Source of the DNA: a virus
DNA: 64,000 bases
Strand: one strand, 5' to 3'
IMG/VR virus record: IMGVR_UViG_3300042691_018174
The notes below the pieces were generated by a model. The model saw only the letters and a list, made by a program, of their open reading frames with translations, was not told the DNA's origin and did no database searches. Within the stretch, counting starts at the first letter, position 1; the number at the start of each line of letters is the position of its first letter. A program made the position numbers and the translations under genes. Below are positions 1 to 9,800 of this stretch, piece after piece.

Positions 1-160
1 GCCAGCGGTGATGGAAGGCAAGGCACAAACTAAGGCACCTAAACAGGCACTAAATGAAAGTAAAGAAGTTACAGGCGACAAGCCTAGCAAACCAATCACT
101 GCCGAGGCCGGTATTGATAATTTAATTGACATCCGCAAACTAGCGGGTCTTAAGATTTAA
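1..160 (+). CDS. 3' end of prohead core/scaffold protein (T4 gp22-like), partial
   Basis: Frame 2 is open from the window edge: PAVMEGKAQTKAPKQALNESKEVTGDKPSKPITAEAGIDNLIDIRKLAGLKI, stop at 158-160. It lies directly upstream of the major capsid gene, the gp22 position in T4-like phages, and has LNE|S, a prohead-protease-type site. Confidence 0.7.
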   Translation, partial: PAVMEGKAQTKAPKQALNESKEVTGDKPSKPITAEAGIDNLIDIRKLAGLKI

Positions 161-172
161 GGAGATGACAAG

Positions 173-1339
173 ATGTCCGTATTGCTAAACGAAAAATGGC
201 AAGAAACCAAAGAGGCCCTGCTAGAAGGGTTACAAGGTCACAAGCGTAGCGTCATGGGCGTTACACTTGAGAACACTCGCAAGTATCTTGCAGAAAGTGC
301 AACAGCTGGTTCTACCAGTGCAGGTAACGTTGCAACCCTAAACCGTGTGATCCTTCCAGTGATCAGACGTGTTATGCCGACTGTTATTGCTAACGAAATC
401 GTTGGTGTACAGCCAATGACTGGTCCAGTTGGTCAAATCCATACACTACGTGTCCGCTATGCTGACAGTGGTGATGGTGTTACAGCTGGTGATGAAGCAC
501 TAAGCCCATTCAAGATTGCTGCTGCTTACTCTGGAAACAACACAGATTCTACCCCTAAAGCGAATAGTACTGCTGCTTTAGAAGGATCACCAGGTAAGCG
601 TATGAGCATTCAAATCTTGAAACAAGCTGTTGAAGCCAAAACACGCAAACTAAGCGCACGTTGGACTTTTGAAGCTGCTCAAGATGCACAAGCTCAACAA
701 GGTATTGATATTGAAGCAGAAATTATGGCTGCATTAGCACAAGAAATTACTGCTGAAATTGATCAAGAAGTTCTAGCAAGCCTACGCAGTTTAGCTAGTT
801 TAGGTTCTACCTATGACCAAGCTGCTGTTAGTGGTACTGCTACTTTCGTTGGTGACGAACACGCTGCATTAGCTGTTCTAATCAACAGAGAAGCAAACAA
901 AGTTGCACAGCGTACACGTCGTGGTGCTGCAAACTGGGCAGTTGTTTCTGCTGAAGCCCTAACAATTCTTCAGTCTGCTACAACCAGCGCATTTGCACGT
1001 ACAACAGAAGGTACTTTCGAAGCACCTACAAACACTAAGTTTGTTGGTACATTGAACGGTGCTATGCGTGTTTACGTTGATGGTTATGCTGCTGATGGTA
1101 CAGGTGTACTAATTGGTTACAAAGGACCAAGCGAGGCAGATGCTGCTGCATTCTATTGCCCATACATCCCTCTAATGAGCTCTGGCGTTGTGCTAGATCC
1201 AGCTACATTTGAGCCAGTTGTAGGCTTTATGACAAGATATGGCTATGTTGAATTAACCAACACAGCATCATCTCTTGGCAATGCTGCTGACTACCTAAGC
1301 GAAATTGGCATTACAACTGCCAACGTTAGCTTCCAGTAA
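173..1339 (+). CDS. gp23: Major capsid protein (T4 gp23-like)
   Basis: Motifs IRRVMPTVIANEIVGVQPMTGPVGQI, EAKTRKLSARWTFEAAQD, LAQEITAEIDQE, FYCPYIPL and FEPVVGFMTRYG. Strong SD (TAAGGAG). Probable maturation site LAE|S. Confidence 0.97.
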   Translation: MSVLLNEKWQETKEALLEGLQGHKRSVMGVTLENTRKYLAESATAGSTSAGNVATLNRVILPVIRRVMPTVIANEIVGVQPMTGPVGQIHTLRVRYADSGDGVTAGDEALSPFKIAAAYSGNNTDSTPKANSTAALEGSPGKRMSIQILKQAVEAKTRKLSARWTFEAAQDAQAQQGIDIEAEIMAALAQEITAEIDQEVLASLRSLASLGSTYDQAAVSGTATFVGDEHAALAVLINREANKVAQRTRRGAANWAVVSAEALTILQSATTSAFARTTEGTFEAPTNTKFVGTLNGAMRVYVDGYAADGTGVLIGYKGPSEADAAAFYCPYIPLMSSGVVLDPATFEPVVGFMTRYGYVELTNTASSLGNAADYLSEIGITTANVSFQ

Positions 1340-1360
1340 TTTAATTACTGAAACAAAAAC

Positions 1361-1388
1361 AAAAAGCCCCAGATTTTGGGGCTTTTTT
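1361..1388 (+). terminator. Intrinsic terminator after the capsid gene (possibly bidirectional)
   Basis: AAAAAGCCCCA-gattt-TGGGGCTTTTTT: GC stem flanked by A and T runs. Confidence 0.9.
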
Positions 1389-1393
1389 GTGAG

Positions 1394-1399
1394 TAAATA
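1394..1399 (+). promoter_or_regulatory. T4-type late promoter TAAATA, 5 nt before ATG 1405
   Basis: gagTAAATAgtaatATG; no SD between the motif and the start codon. Confidence 0.7.
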
Positions 1400-1404
1400 G
1401 TAAT

Positions 1405-1683
1405 ATGGAAGATTATCAAATATCTAACAGTACTGAATGGAACAATGTTCGAATCAAACTAGAAAAAAGTAGAAAAAATCTTTCTATGTTTAAAGAAGAT
1501 GTGGATAGAATGCTCTATTCAATAGATACTGAAGTTAAAAAATTAGGAAATTTAGAAGTTATTGCTAGAAATAAAAAATCAAATAGTTGTATAATTGCAG
1601 CACAAACACAGCTAGATTTAGTAAATCAAAGAATCAAAAATTTTAACAAATTTTATATGATAGCACTGATGTCATATACTTAA
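1405..1683 (+). CDS. Hypothetical protein (helical/coiled-coil)
   Basis: 92-aa ORF filling the gap between the terminator and the next late promoter. Confidence 0.7.
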   Translation: MEDYQISNSTEWNNVRIKLEKSRKNLSMFKEDVDRMLYSIDTEVKKLGNLEVIARNKKSNSCIIAAQTQLDLVNQRIKNFNKFYMIALMSYT

Positions 1684-1698
1684 CTGACAAACAAGCAG

Positions 1699-1705
1699 AT
1701 AAATA
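1699..1705 (+). promoter_or_regulatory. Late promoter ATAAATA for the fibre/structural operon
   Basis: gATAAATAtcataTAAGGAaaatattATG: promoter motif followed by an SD. Confidence 0.7.
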
Positions 1706-1723
1706 TCATATAAGGAAAATATT

Positions 1724-2809
1724 ATGCCATCCATAAAAGACGTAAAAAGAGTATCCGGAGATCATCATATACAAACAACGAATGACATCCATTTAGAAAC
1801 ACAGTTTTCTACTGGAAATAACGGCACTGTATGGATTTATGGTAATCTTAATGTTATTGGTACCACAACAACTATTGAATCAAATGAACTAGTAATTGGT
1901 GACAAAATACTAGTTTTAAATAAAAATGAACAGGGGCTTAATAACGGAGCACTGGCAGGAGTTAGCGGAGACGGCATATCCGGACTATCCATAGCTAGGG
2001 GAGGTCCATCAGCACCAAATGAAAATGCAAATTTAGTATATAATCAAAATAAAAATTGGTCTTACGGAGGTAATACAAATTCTGGAATGTGGGAATTTTT
2101 AGTAGGTCCTGCTACTGGAGGTATTGGAAATCCTTCGGGTATAACAATTTCGGCAATTAGAACTGGCAGCTCTAACAGAGATTTAAGTTTATTAGGAGCA
2201 GAAAATCCTAGCGCCACAGTGACTTTATCTGGTGTTTTAAACTATACTTCTAGAATTGTAAACAGAAATAATCCTGATGACGTACCAAACAAAGGATACG
2301 TTGACTATGCTATTGAAGGTCAGCCTGACAGAAGAAGATTGCAATTAAATTATAGAAACAATCTAAATATTTTAGTTCAAGATCCAACGAACTATTTAGA
2401 ACTAGTAGATGTAGCAGTTCCTGGTTATGCAGGAGTAGTAGAACCTCAGCTTCGAATGGGTATTGGCGGCAATCAATGGGTAACGGCTTACAACAATAGA
2501 ATCATTATTGGTGATATTAAAATTCTTGATAGTAATGAAATTACTATGGAAGCACCAAATACTTCTATGATACTTTCTACTAACCCATCAGGTGGCACAA
2601 CACAAAACCCAAGTGTAGAATTACATACATCATTAAGTTTAAAAATTGATACAGTATACGACGAACCAACATCTAGTGGAACTGCTGTTAAGATATATTC
2701 TCGAACAGAAGGAAATGGAAACACTGGAATTTATTTTGTAAATAGTAATAACAGAAGAGACGAATTACCAAGTAAACGCAGAAGTTTTTTTGCTAGTTTA
2801 GTCCTTTAA
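1724..2809 (+). CDS. Virion structural/fibre protein
   Basis: Fibre-type segments (IYGNLNVIGTTTTIESNELVIGDKILVLN; DDVPNKGYVD) and a hydrophobic C-terminus FFASLVL. Confidence 0.7.
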   Translation: MPSIKDVKRVSGDHHIQTTNDIHLETQFSTGNNGTVWIYGNLNVIGTTTTIESNELVIGDKILVLNKNEQGLNNGALAGVSGDGISGLSIARGGPSAPNENANLVYNQNKNWSYGGNTNSGMWEFLVGPATGGIGNPSGITISAIRTGSSNRDLSLLGAENPSATVTLSGVLNYTSRIVNRNNPDDVPNKGYVDYAIEGQPDRRRLQLNYRNNLNILVQDPTNYLELVDVAVPGYAGVVEPQLRMGIGGNQWVTAYNNRIIIGDIKILDSNEITMEAPNTSMILSTNPSGGTTQNPSVELHTSLSLKIDTVYDEPTSSGTAVKIYSRTEGNGNTGIYFVNSNNRRDELPSKRRSFFASLVL

Positions 2810-2818
2810 GGAAGAATA

Positions 2819-3151
2819 ATGATCACAGCAACTAATATATCAACAACCAATCAAACAGACGTTTTTATTGCAGGGGAAGAAAGTGCAATAACAACTTTAA
2901 TTATTTGTAATCATGATGCAGTAACAGATGCGACCATTAATGTTTGGGTAGTACCTGGAACAGGTAATCCAAGATTACCAGGTACCACAGCAGTGCAACA
3001 TCAAATTTTAAAAGATTTAAGAATTGTTGCCAGCGACACTTTTGTTATGGATATGGAAAAACTAGTATTAGACCTACAGGACAAAATAGTAGTACAAGCA
3101 AGCATTGGAAACGCAGTCAATGTAGTCGTAAGTAGCATGGCGATAGAATAA
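2819..3151 (+). CDS. Small beta-rich structural/adaptor protein, paralogue of 10561..10890
   Basis: 110 aa; AITTLIICN...INVWVV...MEKLVLDLQDKIVV pattern shared with 10561..10890. Confidence 0.65.
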   Translation: MITATNISTTNQTDVFIAGEESAITTLIICNHDAVTDATINVWVVPGTGNPRLPGTTAVQHQILKDLRIVASDTFVMDMEKLVLDLQDKIVVQASIGNAVNVVVSSMAIE

Positions 3152-3891
3152 TGAGATTTATTAAAAGAAAAAACATAGATACGTATCTGCCAAAGAGTCA
3201 GAGATTTTCTGTTGAAAACGATGGCAGAGCTATCATAGATACTAATAAGAGTCTAACACTACCAATTGGTGATAACACTGAACGTCCAGGCACAGGTGTG
3301 CCTGGTATGATAAGGTATAATGACCAAATAGAAGATTTTGAAGTCTTTACTTCATATGCCTCTTGGGGTTGGGAAAAAGTTAGAACAGATAGACCTAGTG
3401 ACATCACTATATCGAACATTGGTACAGGTCAAGGCGATGGCACGGTTGCAACTATCAGTGTTTTAAATTCTGGATCAGGGTATGATCCACTGAACCCGCC
3501 AACAATAACTATTGGCAATCCGGACATTGGTACCGATAATGCAGTGATCGGAAATATTACTATTGTTGCAGGACAAATTACAGCCGTAGCAGTTGCAGAT
3601 TCAGGAAGCGGTTATATCTCAGTACCAACAATTACAATATCAGGCGGAAATCAATCAGCACAACTACTAGTACAATTAACTGGAACTTTAGAATATCTAT
3701 TACCAGTCATACCAGTGAATAGTCAAGGTAATTTAAGTGCAACCAATGTTCAAGTATATGTTGAAAACGTATACCAATTACCAGGAATTAACTATACATT
3801 GGTTCTACAGTCAGGCAATGCATATGTTAGATTCGATGCACCTGTTCCATTTGGAAAACCAGTATACGCAATATACGGGTTTGATAGGTAA
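3151..3891 (+). CDS. Virion structural protein
   Basis: LTLPIGDNTERP...GMIRYN fibre motif, two GSGYxxPTITI repeats, C-terminal VQVYVENVYQLPG domain; coupled to the previous gene via TAATG. Confidence 0.7.
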   Translation: MRFIKRKNIDTYLPKSQRFSVENDGRAIIDTNKSLTLPIGDNTERPGTGVPGMIRYNDQIEDFEVFTSYASWGWEKVRTDRPSDITISNIGTGQGDGTVATISVLNSGSGYDPLNPPTITIGNPDIGTDNAVIGNITIVAGQITAVAVADSGSGYISVPTITISGGNQSAQLLVQLTGTLEYLLPVIPVNSQGNLSATNVQVYVENVYQLPGINYTLVLQSGNAYVRFDAPVPFGKPVYAIYGFDR

Positions 3892-3902
3892 AGGATTGTA
3901 AA

Positions 3903-6719
3903 ATGAGTCAGGGAATTGGGCGAATTTCCGGATCATTATTAAAAGACAATCTTTTAAGAAATGGTGTTGATCTCAGTTTCGAAACTGATTTACTCTATCT
4001 AAACGTCAATGATGATAGAATTGGTATACAAACTTCGTCTCCTGCTAGATTATTAGAAATCGAAGGCAGTACCAAAACTACAGATATAATTGTTGACAAT
4101 TATATCAAAGTAACATCTAATATTATATTCGACACAGTCAGTAACATTACAACTGATTTAGGAATATTATATTTAAATTCTAATGCGACCGTAAATGCTC
4201 CAGGGTTATCTACAGATAAAATATTAATCAATAATAATAAAATATCTGTAACAACTACTGATACTGATTTAAATCTAACTCCGGCAGCTACTAAAAAAAT
4301 AATCATTAATAGTGATTTAGATGTAGACGCAAATTTACACTCTACAGGAAATATTACTCTTGGCGGAACAATTACTTTAGGATCTGACTCAACAGATCAA
4401 GTATTAATTTCTTCAGATGTAGCCAGTAACATAATTCCAGATTTAGACAATACGTATGATTTAGGTTCTGACATTGCTCCAACTCCTAAAAGATGGGGTG
4501 AAGTTTCTATCAAAGACATTACAGCAAATAATGTTTACACTAGAAATATCACTGCTGGAGGTTTAAACCTAACATACAATTTTAGTAATACATTATTTGT
4601 TTCAACAAACGGTGACGATCTTTTAAATCGAGGTAATATTTTTGTATCACCTTATAGAACATTAACAAAGGCTCTATCTGAAGCCAGTTCTGGTGATACT
4701 ATAAAAATAATGCCAGGTACTTACCAAGAAATTTTTCCATTAACTGTGCCTGAAGGAGTAAGCATTATTGGAGAGAATTTAAGATCAGTTACTATAGTTC
4801 CTACTCTTGCTACAAAAAATAATAACGCATTTCTTTTAAATGGACAGTCTACAGTTAGTAATTTAACAGTGGCTAACTTTTACAGTCCTGGACATGCATT
4901 TAGTTTTGCTTCTGGAATGAATGTAACTAGCAGAAGTCCGTATGTACAGAATGTTTCTGTTATAACACAAGGCAGTGTAACTACAGTCGATGATCCTAGA
5001 GGATTTAATCAAGGCGATGCCGGTAAAGGCGCATTAGTTGATGGTAGCGTAGTATCTGCAACTTCTAATGAAGCTAGTATGTTATTTCATAGTGTTACAT
5101 TTATTACTCCTGGAGTCAACGCACTTACTGTAACAAATGGATCAAGAGTAGAATGGTTAAGTGGTTTTACATATTTTGCCAACAACGGCATATATGCAAC
5201 ACAAGGAACTCTAGGATTCGCAGGACAAGGTGTTAAATTTGGTGCAGAAATTCGTAGTATCGCATCTGCTAATGTGTATGGTAAGAATGGTGTTGTAGCA
5301 GACGGTGCAGATGTTTTAATATATTTGATTAATCATAATTTTGGATATGTTGGTACTGACGAATTCAAAGATAACGATCAAACTCAAGTTATACAAGAAA
5401 ATGAAGTTATAGAATTAAATTCAGGAAAAATTTATTACTCTAGCCAATCTCAAAATGGTGATTTTAGAATAGGGAATAGTTTTTATGTAGACTTTACAAA
5501 AGGCAATGTTGAGTTTCCCAACTCTAATGTGATTTTTGATGATCTTAGTACAATATTATTTGAAGGTACCGGCGAAAATAGACTGATATTGAAATCAGGA
5601 TCTATAGAAATAGGTGATATTAGAATCTCTGATAACACTATAACAACTCTAAGTAGTGATTTTAATTTTGTTAGTTCTTCAGGGGAAATAAATCTATTAG
5701 AAAATACATTTTTAAATGGAAATATTGGAATTACTGGTAATTTTCAAACTGACGGAACGATATCTTTTGGCAATCAATCTAGTGATACTATAACCTTTAA
5801 TACAGAATTAGAGCAGAATTTAGACCCAAAAAACAATAATTTATATAATATAGGAAGCGATTTAAAGAGATGGCAGGACATTTGGTCAGTATCTTTAGCA
5901 GTTACTGATATAAAATTTTCATCAAATATTATAGAAACTACTGTTACAAACAGTAATATGAATATAGATTCAAACGGTACTGGATCTATTAAATTAGAAG
6001 AATTATTGTTTAAAAATTCTAATATAAGATCTCTAAGTTCTGCAGATATTATATTCGCACCAGCAAGTACGAAAAGTCTTATCATTAATAAAACTAATGC
6101 AGTTAAAATACCAAGTAATACTGTAACACTTGGCTTAACTGGACAATTGAAACTTGAATCAACTAGTGGGTATTTCCAAGGATTTAGTAGTGATCTAGTT
6201 AACTTAGGCGGGGTATATTCCAAGGATAGAAACACTAGATTTTTTGCTCATCCTACAGATAATACTTTTAGATTTGTAGCAAACAACTCTGAAACAGCAC
6301 AATTGTCAGCTACTGGTTTAACAGCTATATTATTAAATTTTGGCGATATTACAATTAATAATAATTTAATACAGTCGTCATCTACCTTATCTTTTTCGTC
6401 AGGGTCAGTAAATGCCAGCAGTCTAACTTTTTCGGGAGGTTCTATAGCTGCTCCCCAAAATTCTACTCTTACTTTAGTAACTGGCGGAACTGGTTATGTT
6501 GAATTCTCTGGAAGTTCTGCAATACAGATTCCATCAGGAACAAGAAATCAAACTCCAGAAAATCCGGTCGTTGGCATGACTCGGTTTAATATTGAAGATC
6601 TACAAGTTGAAGCATATAACGGAACTGTTTGGGTTCCTGCCGGAGGCGTCGCATCAGAAGTTGTTACTCAAGAATACGTAGAGGAACAGATAACTTTCTG
6701 GAGCTTGATTGTCGGTTAA
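3903..6719 (+). CDS. Large fibre/appendage protein with pectin-lyase-like beta-helix; paralogue of 6838..10557
   Basis: N-terminal GRISGSLLKDNLLRNGVDLSFETDLLYL; FVSTNGDD...PYRTLTKAL...PGTYQEIFPLTVP (DUF1565-like); IPSG..GMTRFN C-terminal motif. Confidence 0.75.
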   Translation: MSQGIGRISGSLLKDNLLRNGVDLSFETDLLYLNVNDDRIGIQTSSPARLLEIEGSTKTTDIIVDNYIKVTSNIIFDTVSNITTDLGILYLNSNATVNAPGLSTDKILINNNKISVTTTDTDLNLTPAATKKIIINSDLDVDANLHSTGNITLGGTITLGSDSTDQVLISSDVASNIIPDLDNTYDLGSDIAPTPKRWGEVSIKDITANNVYTRNITAGGLNLTYNFSNTLFVSTNGDDLLNRGNIFVSPYRTLTKALSEASSGDTIKIMPGTYQEIFPLTVPEGVSIIGENLRSVTIVPTLATKNNNAFLLNGQSTVSNLTVANFYSPGHAFSFASGMNVTSRSPYVQNVSVITQGSVTTVDDPRGFNQGDAGKGALVDGSVVSATSNEASMLFHSVTFITPGVNALTVTNGSRVEWLSGFTYFANNGIYATQGTLGFAGQGVKFGAEIRSIASANVYGKNGVVADGADVLIYLINHNFGYVGTDEFKDNDQTQVIQENEVIELNSGKIYYSSQSQNGDFRIGNSFYVDFTKGNVEFPNSNVIFDDLSTILFEGTGENRLILKSGSIEIGDIRISDNTITTLSSDFNFVSSSGEINLLENTFLNGNIGITGNFQTDGTISFGNQSSDTITFNTELEQNLDPKNNNLYNIGSDLKRWQDIWSVSLAVTDIKFSSNIIETTVTNSNMNIDSNGTGSIKLEELLFKNSNIRSLSSADIIFAPASTKSLIINKTNAVKIPSNTVTLGLTGQLKLESTSGYFQGFSSDLVNLGGVYSKDRNTRFFAHPTDNTFRFVANNSETAQLSATGLTAILLNFGDITINNNLIQSSSTLSFSSGSVNASSLTFSGGSIAAPQNSTLTLVTGGTGYVEFSGSSAIQIPSGTRNQTPENPVVGMTRFNIEDLQVEAYNGTVWVPAGGVASEVVTQEYVEEQITFWSLIVG

Positions 6720-6732
6720 TCCTACTTTAAAC

Positions 6733-6837
6733 TAAATAATACTAATGTAAAGTTGGACCAAAAACTTTACAAATCAAACTGTGGTAAACCCGCAATGTAA
6801 GGTGGTTAACCGTGAAACACGGGGTAAGGAGTGAACT
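6733..6837 (+). promoter_or_regulatory. Late promoter TAAATA plus a ~95-nt structured 5' leader
   Basis: TAAATA at 6733-6738. Hairpins TGTAAAGTT/AACTTTACA (6746-6771), TGTGG/CCGCA (6780-6794) and CCGTG-AAA-CACGG (6810-6822). SD AAGGAG at 6826-6831. Confidence 0.6.
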
Positions 6838-9800
6838 ATGGCCGTTGGTCGAATTTCCGGTCCGTTACTCAAGGCGAATCTGCTCCGTAATGGGGTCGAT
6901 CTGGCATTTGAGACGGATCTTTTATACTTAGATGTTAACAATCTCCGCATTGGTATAAAGACCAATAACCCTACTCATGATTTACACGTTGACGGAACCA
7001 CAAGAACACAGATATTAGAAGCAACAACATCTGCCGTTGTAGGACAAACTACAATTTCTGGCAGTACAATATCCACAACAAACAACCAACTTAATCTATC
7101 GCCTGCTGGAACAGCAGCAGTAGTCTATCAGAAAAAAGCTGTAATTGACTCTATAGATTTAGAAAATAATTCTATAACAGTAAATCAATTAAACACTGAT
7201 CTAGAGTTAGAAGCCAACGGAACGGGCAAAGTAAAAGTATTTTCGGATATGTTAGTGAATGGAAACATTCACGCAACTGGTGATATCACTGCTGATGGAA
7301 ACATTGTTATTGGTGATTCAGACACTGATAGTATCAATTTCGTTGCAGATGTAGCCAGCAATATTATTCCTGATGTTACTGATTTTTACAATTTAGGTTC
7401 TCCTTCTAAACGATGGAAAGATCTCCATGTAGATACAATAAGATCAGACACACTGATTTTAATAGACGATTTACAAGTTGACGGTGTCAGCTTAGATACT
7501 AGACCAGGAAATATGTTGTTTGTAGGCACTAATGGTGATGATACACTTAGTGGCACACATCAAAATGATCCGTTTAGAACAGTTAAACATGCACTAAGCC
7601 AAGCAACTTCAGGTACTACAGTTTTAATATACCCTGGAGTTTACCAAGAAATTTTTCCTCTTACCGTACCAGCAGGAGTTACTTTAAAAGGTGTAGGCTT
7701 ACGCAGTGTAAAAATTACTCCTACTCCAGCAACTCTAGACAAAGATGCAATTTTGCTCAACGGTGAAACAACTATTGAAGATTTAACTATTGCTGATTTT
7801 AGATTTAATTCTACTAATAACACAGGATACGCATTTAAATTTGCCAGTAATTTTACTGTTACAGCCCGTAGCCCTTATATTAAAAACATTTCTGTCATAA
7901 CACAAGGAAGTACCACTACCAGTTTAGATCCAAGAGGCTTTTTATCTGGAGATGCAGGTAAAGGTGCATTTTTAGACGGTAGCATTGCAACTGCAGGATC
8001 AAAAGAAGCATCATGCTTATTTCATAGTGTGACTTTTATATGCCCTGGAGCGGATGCTATAACAGCAACTAACGGTGTTAGAATTGAGTGGTTAAATTCG
8101 TTCACATACTTCGCAGAAAAAAGCCTTTATGGTTACAGTGGGTCAACAGGATTTGCAGGACAAGGCAAAACATCGTTAAGATTAGAAAATTTAGTAGGCA
8201 CTATTGCTGCTGGCGACATACTAACTTATTACGATACTGACGGAACAACTGTTATAGCTACAGCTAATGTTGACAGTGTTGCGCCAGATGGAAAAATATT
8301 TTTAAGCGGCAAGGCTACAGGGTTCGTTACTGCTGAGGAAAGAGGCGGAAAAACTATTATAGCCAATGGCGACGCAAAATTAAGTCAAAGCATCAAAAAA
8401 TTTGGATCCGCAAGTTTGTCATTAGATGGTACAGGCGACTATGTCACAGTACCAAGCACAGCAGATTTTAATTTTGGAACTGGAGATTTTACAATAGAGT
8501 GCTGGATATATAGAAGCATATCTAACGTACAACATAACATATTTGATTTTAGAACAACCAATACACAAAATGCTCCCGTAGTCTACATTCAAAATACTAA
8601 CCAGTTAACATATTACGTTAATGGTTCTATTAGGATTACAGGAACAACAGTATCAACAGGTGTGTGGCATCACGTTGCCCTGTCAAGACAAGGAACGTCT
8701 ACAAAATTATTCTTTAACGGAGCTCAAGTTGGTTCTACATGGACTGATACAACTAACTATATTCAATCTCCGTTAACTATCGGTTCTAGATTTGACGGCA
8801 TATCTGGAAACTTTAATGGGTACATTGACGATTTAAGAATTATCAAAGGAGTTGGTCTTTACACAACTACCTTCCCAGCGCCAACTACTCGAGCATTTGT
8901 TACACCTGAAACTGTATTAATGGCTCGATTTGATGGGGCAGACAACTCAACTGTTTTTGAAGACGATGTTGTTTACACACAAGATATTAGATCAAACAAT
9001 GGCGCTACAGCTACAAAAATTTCCTTAACTGATTTTAGTGATTTTGGGGTAGAAGTTCGAAGCATTGCCAGCGCATCAATATATGGTGAGTCAGGAGCAG
9101 TAGGTAATGGTGAAGGCGTAGTAATGTACTTAATTGGCCACAATATGGCCTACGTCGGAACACAGTATAGAACTGATAACGATAACACATATGTTGTACA
9201 AGCCAACGAAGTAATAACATCAAATAACGCAAAAATATATTATTCCAGCGTAGATCATAAAGGTGATTTTAGAGTTGGTGATTTATTCTATGTGGATCAA
9301 GCTAATGGAACTGTAAACTTTACTTCGGCCACATTTAATCTCTCCAGCACTCAAGGAATAACTTTAGTTGATGGATCAAATGTTACGTTCTTAGATGGAA
9401 ATAAGATTGAGACAGGAAATTTAAGATTATCTGGCAACACTTTAGAATCTATCACTGGCGATATTAATATTGATGCAGCGTCTAGTCAGATTAATATGAA
9501 CACTAACGTTAATATTTCTGGCAATTTAGATGTTACTGGAAATGTTACAATTGGTGGAAATATTATTATTGGTGATCAAAACACTGATAGTATTAATTTT
9601 GTAGGTGGAATAACTAGTGATCTAATTCCTAATGCTAACAATACATATGACATTGGTTCAGACCCACTTAGATGGAAAGATGTTTATGCTTATCAACTAA
9701 ATGTAGGCAATTTAACAGTTACCAATAACAACATCACCACCCCAGTAACCAATGGAAATATAGAAATATCTGCCAATGGTACTGGATTTCTGTCTATAGA

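Noticed and set aside
25-37. 13-mer ACAAACTAAGGCA shared between the scaffold gene and the gp32 leader (~54746)
   Set aside because: Many 13-mer matches are expected by chance in 64 kb of AT-rich DNA, and one copy is coding.
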